A stretch of 61,616 bases of DNA, filler included, from Stramenopiles sp. TOSAG23-3 (Eukaryota), in assembly GCA_900128585.1 (NCBI GenBank). It is 6 parts of 6 records of this genome, joined end to end, with 100 filler letters (N's around TTAATTAATTAA, not from the genome) between each part and the next. Parts side by side here need not be neighbours in the genome. Positions count along the whole stretch, not along the records: positions 1 to 18,522 come from LT642425.1; 5 more parts are not named here. One strand, given 5' to 3'. A program made the position numbers and the translations under genes. Positions 1 through 10,239 of the stretch are shown here, piece by piece. The notes under the pieces were generated by a model, which was given only the letters and a program-made list of their open reading frames with translations, was not told the DNA's origin and ran no database searches. The first letter of the stretch is position 1. Every line of letters begins with the position of its first letter.

Positions 1-234
1 CGGTAGTATAATAATCAGAAAAAAAAAAGAAATGTGATGAAATAATAATAATAAAAAATAGATCATCTCGATAGATATGCACTTCATCTCCAGCGATAAT
101 TTTGTTTCCTTGAGGAATTTCAAAAATTGTATGATTTGGGCCTGAAGGAGAGGGTGATTGTTGAATAGAAGAGGTGTGATTTTGGATGTCGGTGGAAAAG
201 CGTAGCGTGTTTGTACGAATTACATGCTTTTTCT

Positions 235-828
235 ATGAATTTCTTCCGACAGGCTGCTTTGCGGTACGATCGTCTTCTCCACCGCCGTCCTTTGCTTGTA
301 AAGAGCGTTACTTCTGGAGTGGTCGTTTGTGCGGCAGACGTAGGGATTCAGACGTTTTTTCCCGGTGCAATTGAGGGCGACGATGCCCTTGGTTCTAGTG
401 AAATTGGGGTGAAAAACAGCGCAACAAGTTTAGATTTAAAGAGAACTGCCGTAATTGGCATAGGATATGGTGCTCTTTGGTTTGCTCCTGTCCTGCACTT
501 TGTAACGACACGATGGGCAAAATTTCTGCCAAGCGTCAGCCTAGGCGCTCTAGCCTTTAAGTCTGTCGTTGATATGACCACCTCTTTCCCCATAAATTTA
601 AGTGTTATGATATCCCTCCAGTCCTACGCGAGGGAGGGAGGGAGGGCGCAACCGGTTCAATCTGTTCAAAAAAATCTTTGGCCATCATTGAAAGATGGAT
701 GGTGTTTTTGGCCGTTTATCTCAATGGTCATGTATGGGTCTGTCCCTCTGCACTACCGTGTTTTGTTTTTGAATTCAATGTCTTTGTTTTGGAATGGCTG
801 GATGATCGCACGATTTGAAAAACATTGA
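235..828 (+). CDS. Mpv17/PMP22 family membrane protein
   Basis: PLLVKSVTSG..ADVGIQ, DLKRT, W.FWP....Y..VPLHYRVLFLN...LFWN motifs; first in-frame ATG at 235 (track starts at TTG 211). Confidence 0.9.
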   Translation: MNFFRQAALRYDRLLHRRPLLVKSVTSGVVVCAADVGIQTFFPGAIEGDDALGSSEIGVKNSATSLDLKRTAVIGIGYGALWFAPVLHFVTTRWAKFLPSVSLGALAFKSVVDMTTSFPINLSVMISLQSYAREGGRAQPVQSVQKNLWPSLKDGWCFWPFISMVMYGSVPLHYRVLFLNSMSLFWNGWMIARFEKH

Positions 829-1184
829 GATGAAGAAATTTCTGTTTCCTGTTCTGCATGCATCCGATCGCTACTGCACGAAAAGTGCATTCGTGATAAC
901 AATGAGGTACGTGGTGCTCTGTATTTAGTAAGTTAAGACTGATATAAAGTGAGAATTTTCACTTTCGCACGGAAGGTATGATACGTGTTACTGTACTGAA
1001 ATGGAAAAAAAATAATTATATAGTATGCTGTACTGAAATGATTAAACCGATAAGTCTTGAAAGTCAAAAGAACATAACCCCCCTCCCCCATAAGTATGTA
1101 CACAACTTTAATGCTTAGAGGAGTACTCCATCCACCCCCCTAGCTTATCCTCCCCAACTCTTTTTACTAAAAGAGACACTAAAA

Positions 1185-1796
1185 TCAAAAATCACCATAC
1201 ATCCCCGCAACATAATCACTGTATGGATCGCAGCAGGGGCAATCAACCGCATGCAATGCGCTTATGTCTTGGTTGCCGTTGGAGTTTTCAATCGATGGAA
1301 CACCTGGATCCTCGGTTTCCTTGAGAACATTTTTGAAAATCTCGCGTACATCCGTTTCTATGACCTCTTTGACCGGTTTGAATATTTTAATTTTAGAACG
1401 AGGTGCGTCGGAAGCTCCAAATTGTTCTGCGACCGAGAGCATGACTACAGTTTCAATTGGAACGCAACCAGGATCGAAGCAACTAACTTCCAGGACAATT
1501 ATGTTTTTTGTCGAAAACCTTGTCGATTCTTTGATGTTTTCAAGCACCCAACGCTTAACCGTCTCCAGCTTGTCAGCTTTTTCATTCGTCGTTCGAGTGT
1601 TCCTCTTTGCACTTTTCTTTTTCGGAATCACAGTGCATACCGGCGGCAGCCCAACGAAGCTATTACCGAACGCCGCCGAGAGCCTGCCGGTTCTTTCCTT
1701 GATAGTAGTCGCGGGGGCACTGCTTGCCGCCAGCGCGCTCATCAATAACGTACACGATCCAGTAAACCAGCCGGCTTGGTACGCAGATAGGTACAT
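1185..1796 (-). CDS. Hypothetical protein with E..CxDPGCxPxET motif and C-terminal CPCC
   Basis: 203-aa ATG-initiated ORF; VKRWV...IVLEVSCFDPGCVPIETVV...KIFKPVKEV block resembles a family of small uncharacterised bacterial proteins. Confidence 0.7.
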   Translation of the reverse strand: MYLSAYQAGWFTGSCTLLMSALAASSAPATTIKERTGRLSAAFGNSFVGLPPVCTVIPKKKSAKRNTRTTNEKADKLETVKRWVLENIKESTRFSTKNIIVLEVSCFDPGCVPIETVVMLSVAEQFGASDAPRSKIKIFKPVKEVIETDVREIFKNVLKETEDPGVPSIENSNGNQDISALHAVDCPCCDPYSDYVAGMYGDF

Positions 1797-2179
1797 ATGT
1801 TCGAGAACCTATTCTACTAATTTTTTAAATTCTATTTGCGAACAAATTGAATATTCAAAGTATCAAATAATACAAAAAATTGTTGAAAACTGTGCTATAG
1901 ATAAAGTTGCGGCGACGAAGTAAGAAGAAGAAGATGATGATATTATTATATTATTATTTTATCACCACAACAAACAACAACAAGCTTTGGAAAATAATAA
2001 TAAATATGAAAAGGCAAAAAATAATAGGAAATATAAGTACATAAACACACCATTACCGTAGTAGAGTAATACTACAGGAAATTTGCACAGAAGAAGAAGA
2101 AGCTTCGAAGAAAAACTTTTCAATTTTTTTCACACAAAAAAAAAATGATGGTTTCTTTTATTTTCTAATAATTTATTAG

Positions 2180-2860
2180 ACTATGCTGAATTTAGAGGCT
2201 ACGCAGTATTACGCAGGCAAGCAAAAATGCAGCAGAAGAAGACGACTTCTGCTTTTTAGAATAATTACACTAGACGACTACAAATGGTCGAAGATGATGT
2301 TAACTGGAATATACATAAATAAGAGGAAGAGGGTTTAGACTAAATGATAGAAGAGTAAACCGATCAAGAAAAACAAAGGAGCAGAAAACAAATCGCAGTA
2401 CATACATGATGGAAGTAAACTTTAAGCTAAAACTTACGAGGAGGTTAACGTGGACAAAAGGAGCAGATTAACTATCGCGGTATGTGAAGAAGATAAATTT
2501 TAATTACTTAAATAACAGCCAATTTTTTTGTTTTTAAACTTAATTGGACAAAACCAAATTACATTGCAAGGAAGGAAAATTTGGGAGAAATTTCAGCTCA
2601 GTAGTGTGTCATATTTGTTTACTGTGCTGTGGTATAACTTTTTAGATAAATAATTCTTAAATAACACAGCATCATAAGTTGTGTTTTTTAGATTAATTGA
2701 TTTACATAGCAGACAACGAGCACCTCTAAAACAATTACGCCGCTGCTTTGAAAATCTCACAGGGAATGAGTCATCTCATTTACCGATTCTGATCATGCAT
2801 GGAGTACACCTGAGAATGATAGTCAAGACTAAGTGACAAGGGCATATCGATTAGTAAGAC
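2180..2860 (+). mobile_element. Decayed Ty1/copia pol fragment (RT to RNase H)
   Basis: GQKEQINY at 2452-2475 (cf. RT GYxQxxGIDY); FTDSDHAWS at 2779-2805 (cf. RNase H xDSDW/HAG); many stops; segments shared with 10240-10460 and 45550-45597. Confidence 0.55.
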
Positions 2861-3351
2861 CAAAAGAGCAAAGATGCGGAGAAGTACGAATATGGATCCA
2901 GATACAGATGAATTGTACCCAATAAGAGCATAGGAGCCTGGTCTACCAGCGAAAAGCTAAGCGAAGCATAGATTGCATCGAATAGAAATAAGAATAGGTT
3001 GATGACTCTGATTTTGTTGCTGTACACCAGGGCCGAATTCCACGACGGTACTTCTTTTTCCCGGAGAAATCGAAAGAAACCAATTCACCATTGGATAACA
3101 TGAACGAATTACATGAATGGATGACAACATGGGAAAAGTTTGTAACCAAAGATACCAGAAAAAGAGAACCTGACAACAACAGCGAACAACCACGTAGAAA
3201 AAGGGTCGTACTTAAAAAAACTAAGAGTTAATACTATATATCTATTTAATTTATAATTAAATGTCTGTCATATCATTAACGGAGCGTATGAAGCGCTATG
3301 AGTTTTTAATGCAGCGCGATACAGACGATGAAGCCAGTGGCTCTGGTGCGT

Positions 3352-4149
3352 CTAGTAGTGGGGGTAGTGCATCCACATCGGAACGGCCCCCGGTCCTGTG
3401 GGTTGCAAGGGGTCATACCATTGTGAGCTCGGGTCGCTTGTTATCTTTTCCATCCCCGCCGCTTTGAGCAGCATCGCGCATTTCCGGTGGTTTTTTATCA
3501 CGGCCCAGCCGAGAGCGGTGACGCCAGACTTTCCAGTGACGCTAGGATCTACATTATTCTCTAGCAAAATCTTCAAGCATTCCGAATGGTTGTTGTAGGC
3601 GCAGAATATAGCAGGGGTATATCCACTTCTGCATTGATGGTTTACGTTCCCTCCTGCACTGAGAACCAAAAACGACAACACGCTGCTCTGGCCTTTCTGG
3701 CACGCCCACAAAGTAGGCGTTCCATAAAACTTATCCAACATTTCCACCTCTGCCCCATGCTCCACTAAACACTTTACAACCTTCGTGTGGCCGTTTCTAG
3801 CGGCCCAGTGCAGGGCAGTCCGCTTATAATTGACATCAGGGTTGTCGATTCCATACTCAGAGTCGATCTCCAACAAATACTTACAAGAAGCACAATCGCC
3901 TACTTTCGCCGCCTCTACAAGTAGGTTCCTTTCCGGATGAAAGCGACGCTTTAGTTCCTCTTTTTTCCAGCAGAAATTGCATGAAATGCACGCGTCTCTT
4001 TGTCCTTTCGAGGTCAGTGAATACGAAGAAAGCGAGTCTGTGCAAAGAAAACGTAGAAAGGCATGGTGCAACTGCCGTATCGACACCAGCCGATAGAGGC
4101 CTCTAAGGCCTCGGCCGTCTGGCCCGTTCACTTTATGCTTCTTTTCCAT
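3352..4149 (-). CDS. Ankyrin repeat protein, possibly with a degenerate N-terminal F-box
   Basis: TALHWAARNGH, GTPTLWACQKG, GYTPAIFCAYNNH, GVTALGWA ankyrin repeats. Confidence 0.9.
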   Translation of the reverse strand: MEKKHKVNGPDGRGLRGLYRLVSIRQLHHAFLRFLCTDSLSSYSLTSKGQRDACISCNFCWKKEELKRRFHPERNLLVEAAKVGDCASCKYLLEIDSEYGIDNPDVNYKRTALHWAARNGHTKVVKCLVEHGAEVEMLDKFYGTPTLWACQKGQSSVLSFLVLSAGGNVNHQCRSGYTPAIFCAYNNHSECLKILLENNVDPSVTGKSGVTALGWAVIKNHRKCAMLLKAAGMEKITSDPSSQWYDPLQPTGPGAVPMWMHYPHY

Positions 4150-4454
4150 CGTCTATGAAGAAAACGTCGCTTCTTCTTGCAACTCTCTTTTAGCTTCTGT
4201 TTAACCGTTTCGATAATAAGTTTTTCTCTTTGATACGTTGTAGCCTCGTATTTTAAAATATTTCTATGCGTCCACCAAAATTATTTTTTACATATATACA
4301 ATTTCTTACACAGTATGTTTGATATAATCAATCGGGGCGGGGCATTCACCAGATGCACAAAAAGTGGTGGTACTCCATGTACAAATAATACCAACTGGTA
4401 GAAGAATGTAACATTATTATTATCTATTTTTTTTTACAGGCAAAATTTTGCAAT

Positions 4455-4533
4455 AAAAAAGGTGACAACAACAACATCTGCTCACCGTAAATTAGGGCAA
4501 AAAAGGTGACAACAACAACAACATCTGCTCACC
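4455..4533. repeat. Two-copy direct repeat AAAAAAGGTGACAACAACAAC(AAC)ATCTGCTCACC
   Basis: Copies at 4455-4486 and 4499-4533, differing by one AAC unit. Confidence 0.85.
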
Positions 4534-5184
4534 TTGTGTAATAATACTCCAATAATAGTAAGGATACTTATATTTAAAAGAAAGTATTTGTATATAATAT
4601 ATAAAATATAAATAGCATCAATTTGATACGAACGAAACAAAAATATATAGAATATTGAATATAAACATAGGTATAAATTAGTGTAGTGTAAAGGATGTAA
4701 ATAATATTTACTGAATCAATTACAATTACGAGGGAGAAGAAGAATGAATGTTCGACGACGAATAAAATATGTCGCCGTTCAAACGATTTTTCATCCGCCG
4801 AAGGTGGCCTACGTTATTTAATGCTAAATATTTGCGATAATGATATTTATATTTTTCAATATGGCGATCAATTGTACTTCTGTACTAAACCCTATACCAA
4901 ACATTATCCTATCAACGCCTATTAGAATACATAAAGTACAACACGAGTTTTGGTATTGTAATGTGAATAAGTAGATACAGTGTTGATAAGCAATTTTATA
5001 TATTCCTATTAATATATACAAGAATACCATGAAAATGTACTAAGAAAATAAGAATACAATGTGGATTAGAAAAAACATTAAACAAAGCACACAGCATTCA
5101 TATAAATAATTAGTAAAACTTTATCCGCAGCAGAAGAAAAGGAAGGATTCACACACAAATATTTTTTATTGGAAATTATTTGAA

Positions 5185-5430
5185 AAATGTCCAGGCAGAG
5201 CAGAGCACCGACTAACTTTTTGGGTGGCATTTTTGGCTATACGGATTTATATAGGTAAATATTACAAGTACAACTCGCGTTTATCGCAAAATCTTTTATT
5301 ATTGTATTTATAATATATTTACCTATATAATATATGTATAGTAAGAAAGGAAGAAAAAAAACCTTCCTGTGTCACGCTAGCACTTTCTCCAAAAAAAGTT
5401 AGTCGGTGCTCTGTGCCTGGACGGACATTT
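5185..5430. mobile_element. MITE/foldback-like element with nested inverted repeats
   Basis: 21-bp perfect IR core 5201-5221 / 5393-5413, extending imperfectly to about 40 bp; inner 16-bp perfect IR 5247-5262 / 5315-5330; no ORF. Confidence 0.6.
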
Positions 5431-5949
5431 GCGCCTAGTAAAAAAGTACAGGCAATAGGAGACAACAACCCACTTCACCGATTTTCGGATCGTATTTTTT
5501 GATGGTTTGCTTATTGTCATATATCACCCATATGATTTAATATAAGAATAACATAACTCCTGCCTTTTCTTCTCATAAATACTATAAAATGTAATATATA
5601 AATAATTTAAATATAATTATAGCCAAAATAATTTGCCTCTTCTTTCTTCTTTCTCCCTTACCGGTATTAATATAATACCTGTACCGTATCACCAGGTACT
5701 TGGAAGAACCACGTTTTGTATTTTGTACATAATTATATATTTTTCATTCTTCCATTTCAGTTATTTTTTTTTCTCACATTGTTTTAGTTCGTCTTAGTGT
5801 TGTATTTTTTTACATTACTCGCATTTTACATACATTTGTTAAATTAACCAACAATAGATAGATTGAAATCGGCAAAATAAAAGATTCTACCTTTGGTATT
5901 TCAAAAGTATAACGGAGTATTTACTAAACTCGTTTGACCACCCACCACA

Positions 5950-6867
5950 ATGGAACGGCGGCGAGGGGTGGCGCCTGTGAGTAAAACGCATTTTCGGTAC
6001 AATGCCGCAAAATTTAATGTTCCGCCAAGGCCATTGGCGCATCAAAGCCCTCCATCAAATTCTAAAAAGAGCGTGAATAGACGCTCCACGGCCTTGGATT
6101 ACTTGCCTGCTCGCCCTGTCGACACCGTAGAACAAGGTGTACGGGTTGGGTACAGCAGGCTGAGACCAGGCCACTTTCAGGTTGTTAGGCCCTATCCCAA
6201 CAAAATTGAGCGGGGAAACGTGAAATTTTACCGTCACCGGCTAGATTACAGTGGGTGCGGTGACTCGAAGGGGCTGATCTACTTTCTAGGTACTAGCAAC
6301 ATGAAGCACCCGTTCGAAAACCCTTCAACGAAAAGGGAATGCGACCCATTTAAAATTTTCGTTCGTAGAGGCTCAAGCAAACACGGCGCTTGCGAAGTGA
6401 TCACTGGGAGGCACACGGGGGAAACGTGCTTGACAGACTGGAGAAACTTGGAGCAAAGTTGGGTTGAAATAGATCTGGGAGTGAATGTAAGCATTCGCCC
6501 GTCAAGGTACATGATACGCCTTGGATCCGAGGGGGCGCAATTTGCAATGAAAGACTGGGTGTTAGAAGGCGTTTTAAATAATTCAAACGAGGGTGGACCA
6601 GCAACGAAGACGTTGCCCAACGTGTGGCAGACGATAAAGGAGCACATACATGACTTGACGGTTTATAACGCAAGCGCGAAGAATCCCCACAACTTTGCCG
6701 CCGTCGCCTTTCGGTTAGATGACGACGGGACTTGGGGCAAAGAGACGGGGGGATTCTATAGAAAAATCAGGATTCGACTGCTGGGCCCAAACATCAGCAA
6801 GAATGCGTTCTTGTCCATCAGTCAGGTAGAAGTTTGGGGAATGGTGGAGGTCCGTGAAATATTTTGA
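5950..6867 (+). CDS. Galactose-binding-like (F5/8 type C / HECTD1 Sad1-UNC-like) domain protein
   Basis: DSKGLIYFLGT..ENP, SWVEIDLG..IRPSRY, WVLEG, WQTIKEH, EVWG motifs resemble the domain in HECTD1 and plant BTB protein At2g30600. Confidence 0.75.
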   Translation: MERRRGVAPVSKTHFRYNAAKFNVPPRPLAHQSPPSNSKKSVNRRSTALDYLPARPVDTVEQGVRVGYSRLRPGHFQVVRPYPNKIERGNVKFYRHRLDYSGCGDSKGLIYFLGTSNMKHPFENPSTKRECDPFKIFVRRGSSKHGACEVITGRHTGETCLTDWRNLEQSWVEIDLGVNVSIRPSRYMIRLGSEGAQFAMKDWVLEGVLNNSNEGGPATKTLPNVWQTIKEHIHDLTVYNASAKNPHNFAAVAFRLDDDGTWGKETGGFYRKIRIRLLGPNISKNAFLSISQVEVWGMVEVREIF

Positions 6868-7049
6868 TTTTGACAACGGACTGTAAATATTTTTCTCTTT
6901 CGGCTTTCCTTCAGGAAAATGTATTCACGATTATGTTGATTCTTTCGCGGAAGAAGGAAACCTGTCGCTTTGCGAGGAGTCGTACTTGTTTACTAATATT
7001 AAATGCTATATTTTTTGTTAAAAATATATATATTTTCTGTTGTGGCCAA

Positions 7050-8501
7050 TCAAAATATTTTTGAAAGGGCTTTCAGTATATTGCTTGCGACTTTCCCCAG
7101 CGCAGATAAAATGTTTCCAATTGCGTTAAACAACGCGTTTAGAATGCCACCAATTGCCCTGGCAAGGGCGTTGACAGCCTTGGAGAACGCGTGGGCAACT
7201 TTCCCGATAAGGTTCCCGATCCCAGAGACGATTTTCCCCACGATATTAAATACTGGACGAATGATCGACTCGAACACGGTGCGCATGACAAACGCGATCG
7301 CGTTGTACAGCGTTCTGAACACCAACACCACTGCGTTCTTGATGGGGTTCAAAATGTAATCTCGGAGCCCTCGAAAAAACGCCGCCACCCCGCGGTACAG
7401 CGTTCTGAACACCAACACCACTGCGTTCTTGATGGGGGTCAAAATGTAATCTCGGAGCCCTCGAAAGAACGCCACCACCCCGCGGTACAGCGTTTTGAAC
7501 ACCAACACCACTGCGTTCTTCAGCGGGATCAAAATGTAATCGCGAATTCCTCGGAGGCTCGCCACCACCCCGTTCTTAATTGGTATCAGAAGGTAGTCCC
7601 GTATTCCCCGGAGGACCGCCAACAGCCCGTTCTTAATTGGTATCAGAAGGTAGTCCCGAATTCCCAACACCACGCACACAATCATATTTTTGATAGGTAT
7701 GACAAGGTAATCACGGACAGTTCGATAGGCGAAAGCGAACCCACCCCTAACTTTTGTGACTGACCATACAATCCCATTCTTGAAGCCTCGGCAGACATAA
7801 ATCATTCCGTCGCACAATTTTCCGCACACCCACCCTGCCCCATCGGCAGATGGTTTAAGCACGTAGCTATAGACGGCGTTACACATGGCAACTAAGCCGT
7901 TCTTAAGTGGTATCAGAATGTAATCCCGGATTCCTTTGGACATCGCCGACACAGCGCTCCAAAGGAGCTGAAATATCTTGGATATCCCTTTCCCAATCGG
8001 TGTGAGAATGTATTTGTAAAATCCTTTGCTTATTGCTACAATAGGGCGAACAATCAAGTTATATATGACGTACCAGATTCCTTTGAAAATAGCTTTGCAG
8101 CATTTCCCGATTGCGATGAAAATAGCTTCGAAGCATCTGTCAATTCCATCGACAGTTTTCTGAAAGCACGCACAACATTTTAATAAAAGCCATTTGAGAA
8201 GCTTTGGAAGAACGTAGAATATGATTATAACTGGCGATAGAAGTATGTACAGAAACGTTTTCAGGAGAAACCGAACTGGGTTTTTGTAATCCTCCTCTTT
8301 GTAAAGTGAAAACGTGTTTACCACGGTCGCCGTCTGGACGCCATCAGCAGACAGACTGTTCCTAATGGTTTCCGCTTGTGCATATGGAAGTGCCTCGCCC
8401 ATACTGTCCGGAGACAATACCGGTACCCGTACCGGCTGCAAGGGGGCCGCGATTGCTACGGCAACGGAGTCAGGTTTTACTTCGTCGTCAAAATTACTCA
8501 T
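7050..8501 (-). CDS. Membrane-associated protein with tandem amphipathic-helix repeats
   Basis: 483-aa ORF; hydrophobic segment FLYILLSPVIIIFYVLP; repeated G(I/L)RDY(I/L)LxPIKN units. Confidence 0.8.
   Translation of the reverse strand: MSNFDDEVKPDSVAVAIAAPLQPVRVPVLSPDSMGEALPYAQAETIRNSLSADGVQTATVVNTFSLYKEEDYKNPVRFLLKTFLYILLSPVIIIFYVLPKLLKWLLLKCCACFQKTVDGIDRCFEAIFIAIGKCCKAIFKGIWYVIYNLIVRPIVAISKGFYKYILTPIGKGISKIFQLLWSAVSAMSKGIRDYILIPLKNGLVAMCNAVYSYVLKPSADGAGWVCGKLCDGMIYVCRGFKNGIVWSVTKVRGGFAFAYRTVRDYLVIPIKNMIVCVVLGIRDYLLIPIKNGLLAVLRGIRDYLLIPIKNGVVASLRGIRDYILIPLKNAVVLVFKTLYRGVVAFFRGLRDYILTPIKNAVVLVFRTLYRGVAAFFRGLRDYILNPIKNAVVLVFRTLYNAIAFVMRTVFESIIRPVFNIVGKIVSGIGNLIGKVAHAFSKAVNALARAIGGILNALFNAIGNILSALGKVASNILKALSKIF
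7300..7670. repeat. Coding tandem repeats with 90-bp and 57-bp periods
   Basis: GTACAGCGTT recurs at about 7305, 7395, 7485; CCGTTCTTAATTGGTATCAGAAGGTAGTCCC recurs at about 7570 and 7627. Confidence 0.9.
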
Positions 8502-9404
8502 CGTAAACGAACGTCTACTTTTGAGTTAATAATTCAACCGACGCTTCCCATTTTCAGAAAATATTAGGAAACGTACAAAAGGAAATACATTTTGCCCTTT
8601 TCTCTTATGAAATCCCGCCATCCTGCCATCATCGATTGATTGCATCGTACCGATAGTAAAGACGACTTGCGGTAAGTAAAACTTTGATATTATTAACACC
8701 AGGTAACTTAAATAATAATAAAAATAAAAAACCAACCTCTCTCCTCCTCCAGCCTCCCCTCCAGCTAGAAGATATTAGATAGATGATGATCCTACCTGTA
8801 CTAGAAATCTCTTCTAACTGCAACACCCAAAATTGAAAATGTGTACGAGACGAGGAGGCGAGGAAATTAAATAAATTTGGGTTTTTTTCTTTCTTTATAT
8901 ATAGACACAGCACCGTTATTATACATGGTCATTGATTAAATTACTTATAGGGAACGAAGAAAAAAGAGAATGAAAAAAGAAGAAGAAGAAGAAAAAAAAT
9001 AATAATAATAACACTATTAGTCTATACTCTAATAGTATAGTAGATATACATAATTGAGAAAAAAGAAAAAAAACTAGACCGACTAAGAAACTAATTGAAA
9101 CGAAATGAAAGGATTAAATGTATGGACGATTTTGAAGAAAGGGAGAGGGATAATATAGATAAGGGAAACAGTCACATATGTAAGGTAAATGGATGAAGTG
9201 TGTACATTCAGTTCGTTCCCCCCTCTCTCCCCTATTCTTTTTTTTCTCCCACACCGTCGTTCTGTCTAGAGTCCCACCCTGATTTCAAACAAAAAAGGGA
9301 CGAAGTTAATACTTCTTGCGATGGGTTTTGACTGAGGCACTCCCTGCTAAAATTCAAGGTTCTGTTGTTCTTGCGTTTTCAGCTTATTCATTTCGCTTCC
9401 GCGC

Positions 9405-9962
9405 ATGTCAGAAATGAACATAGACCAAGGCGATGCCCAGGGTTTCGGCGCCCGCATGCAGCAGTATGATGGCCGCCTGCCGTCCCCAGGTGTAGATGTT
9501 GTGTCCGAAACATTCTCGGGGAGCTGTTCACTTGGAAAGCGCAAATCCGGGCGACTTGCTGACGGGTTCGAATTTGATAACCAGCGGTACTTTTTAGACA
9601 TCAGCAAGCGTGGCCGCTCTGGGAGCATATCGCAACCGGAAGGGCTTACCACTTTGCGGCGGTCAATGAGCGAACCGTACGCCACTGCGCAATGCTCTAG
9701 TAGCATATACCTTGCGTGCAACAAAGACGACCGTGGCGGCGGGTCTTCGTTCGCCCCCCCCGTCCAAGGCCTCGTTAGCATGGCCGGCAACCACCCCACT
9801 CAACCCGAGCACGAGGTGGAAAGGCGTCAAAAAAATCGGCGACGGCGACGTGAAAAGGCATCACTGTTTTCAAAACCGTGGGAAGCGTACCCATTCAAAG
9901 GCGATCAGAGGAACTGCAGCAACAATTTGTACAAACGTCAGAAGCTGGAGTCCACGTCGTAG
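9405..9962 (+). CDS. Hypothetical basic low-complexity protein
   Basis: 185-aa ATG ORF in a GC-rich island; no recognised domain. Confidence 0.5.
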   Translation: MSEMNIDQGDAQGFGARMQQYDGRLPSPGVDVVSETFSGSCSLGKRKSGRLADGFEFDNQRYFLDISKRGRSGSISQPEGLTTLRRSMSEPYATAQCSSSIYLACNKDDRGGGSSFAPPVQGLVSMAGNHPTQPEHEVERRQKNRRRRREKASLFSKPWEAYPFKGDQRNCSNNLYKRQKLESTS

Positions 9963-10239
9963 AATTCTGTCCAAAACTTTACCCATCAACAAAAGGCTTG
10001 CCACGCACATGCGGTTAGGAGCATTTGTCAACATTTGTAAAAAATGTGTTCTTACTGCACCCCTCGAGGGTCCCAAAACCCGTAAGTTGCCCTTGGGAGG
10101 AGAAAGAGATTTAAGATTCTTAATGTTTTGCTTTCAGCAAATATATCTCTTCGTATATATGTTTTATATATATTCATCTCTGAGTGAGATATTGGATGAG
10201 GAAGTTGATTATGGGTCTTATGGCGTTGACGCGTTTTCA

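Noticed and set aside
4455-4533. Hairpin-forming direct repeat resembling a CRISPR unit
   Set aside because: Only two copies, 12-nt spacer, eukaryotic context, no cas genes
9122-9404. Possible upstream exon and intron (GTAAGG/GTAAAT...pyrimidine tract...AG) for the 9405 ORF
   Set aside because: The donor/acceptor pairs I tried did not join in frame to the downstream ORF; a UTR intron cannot be excluded
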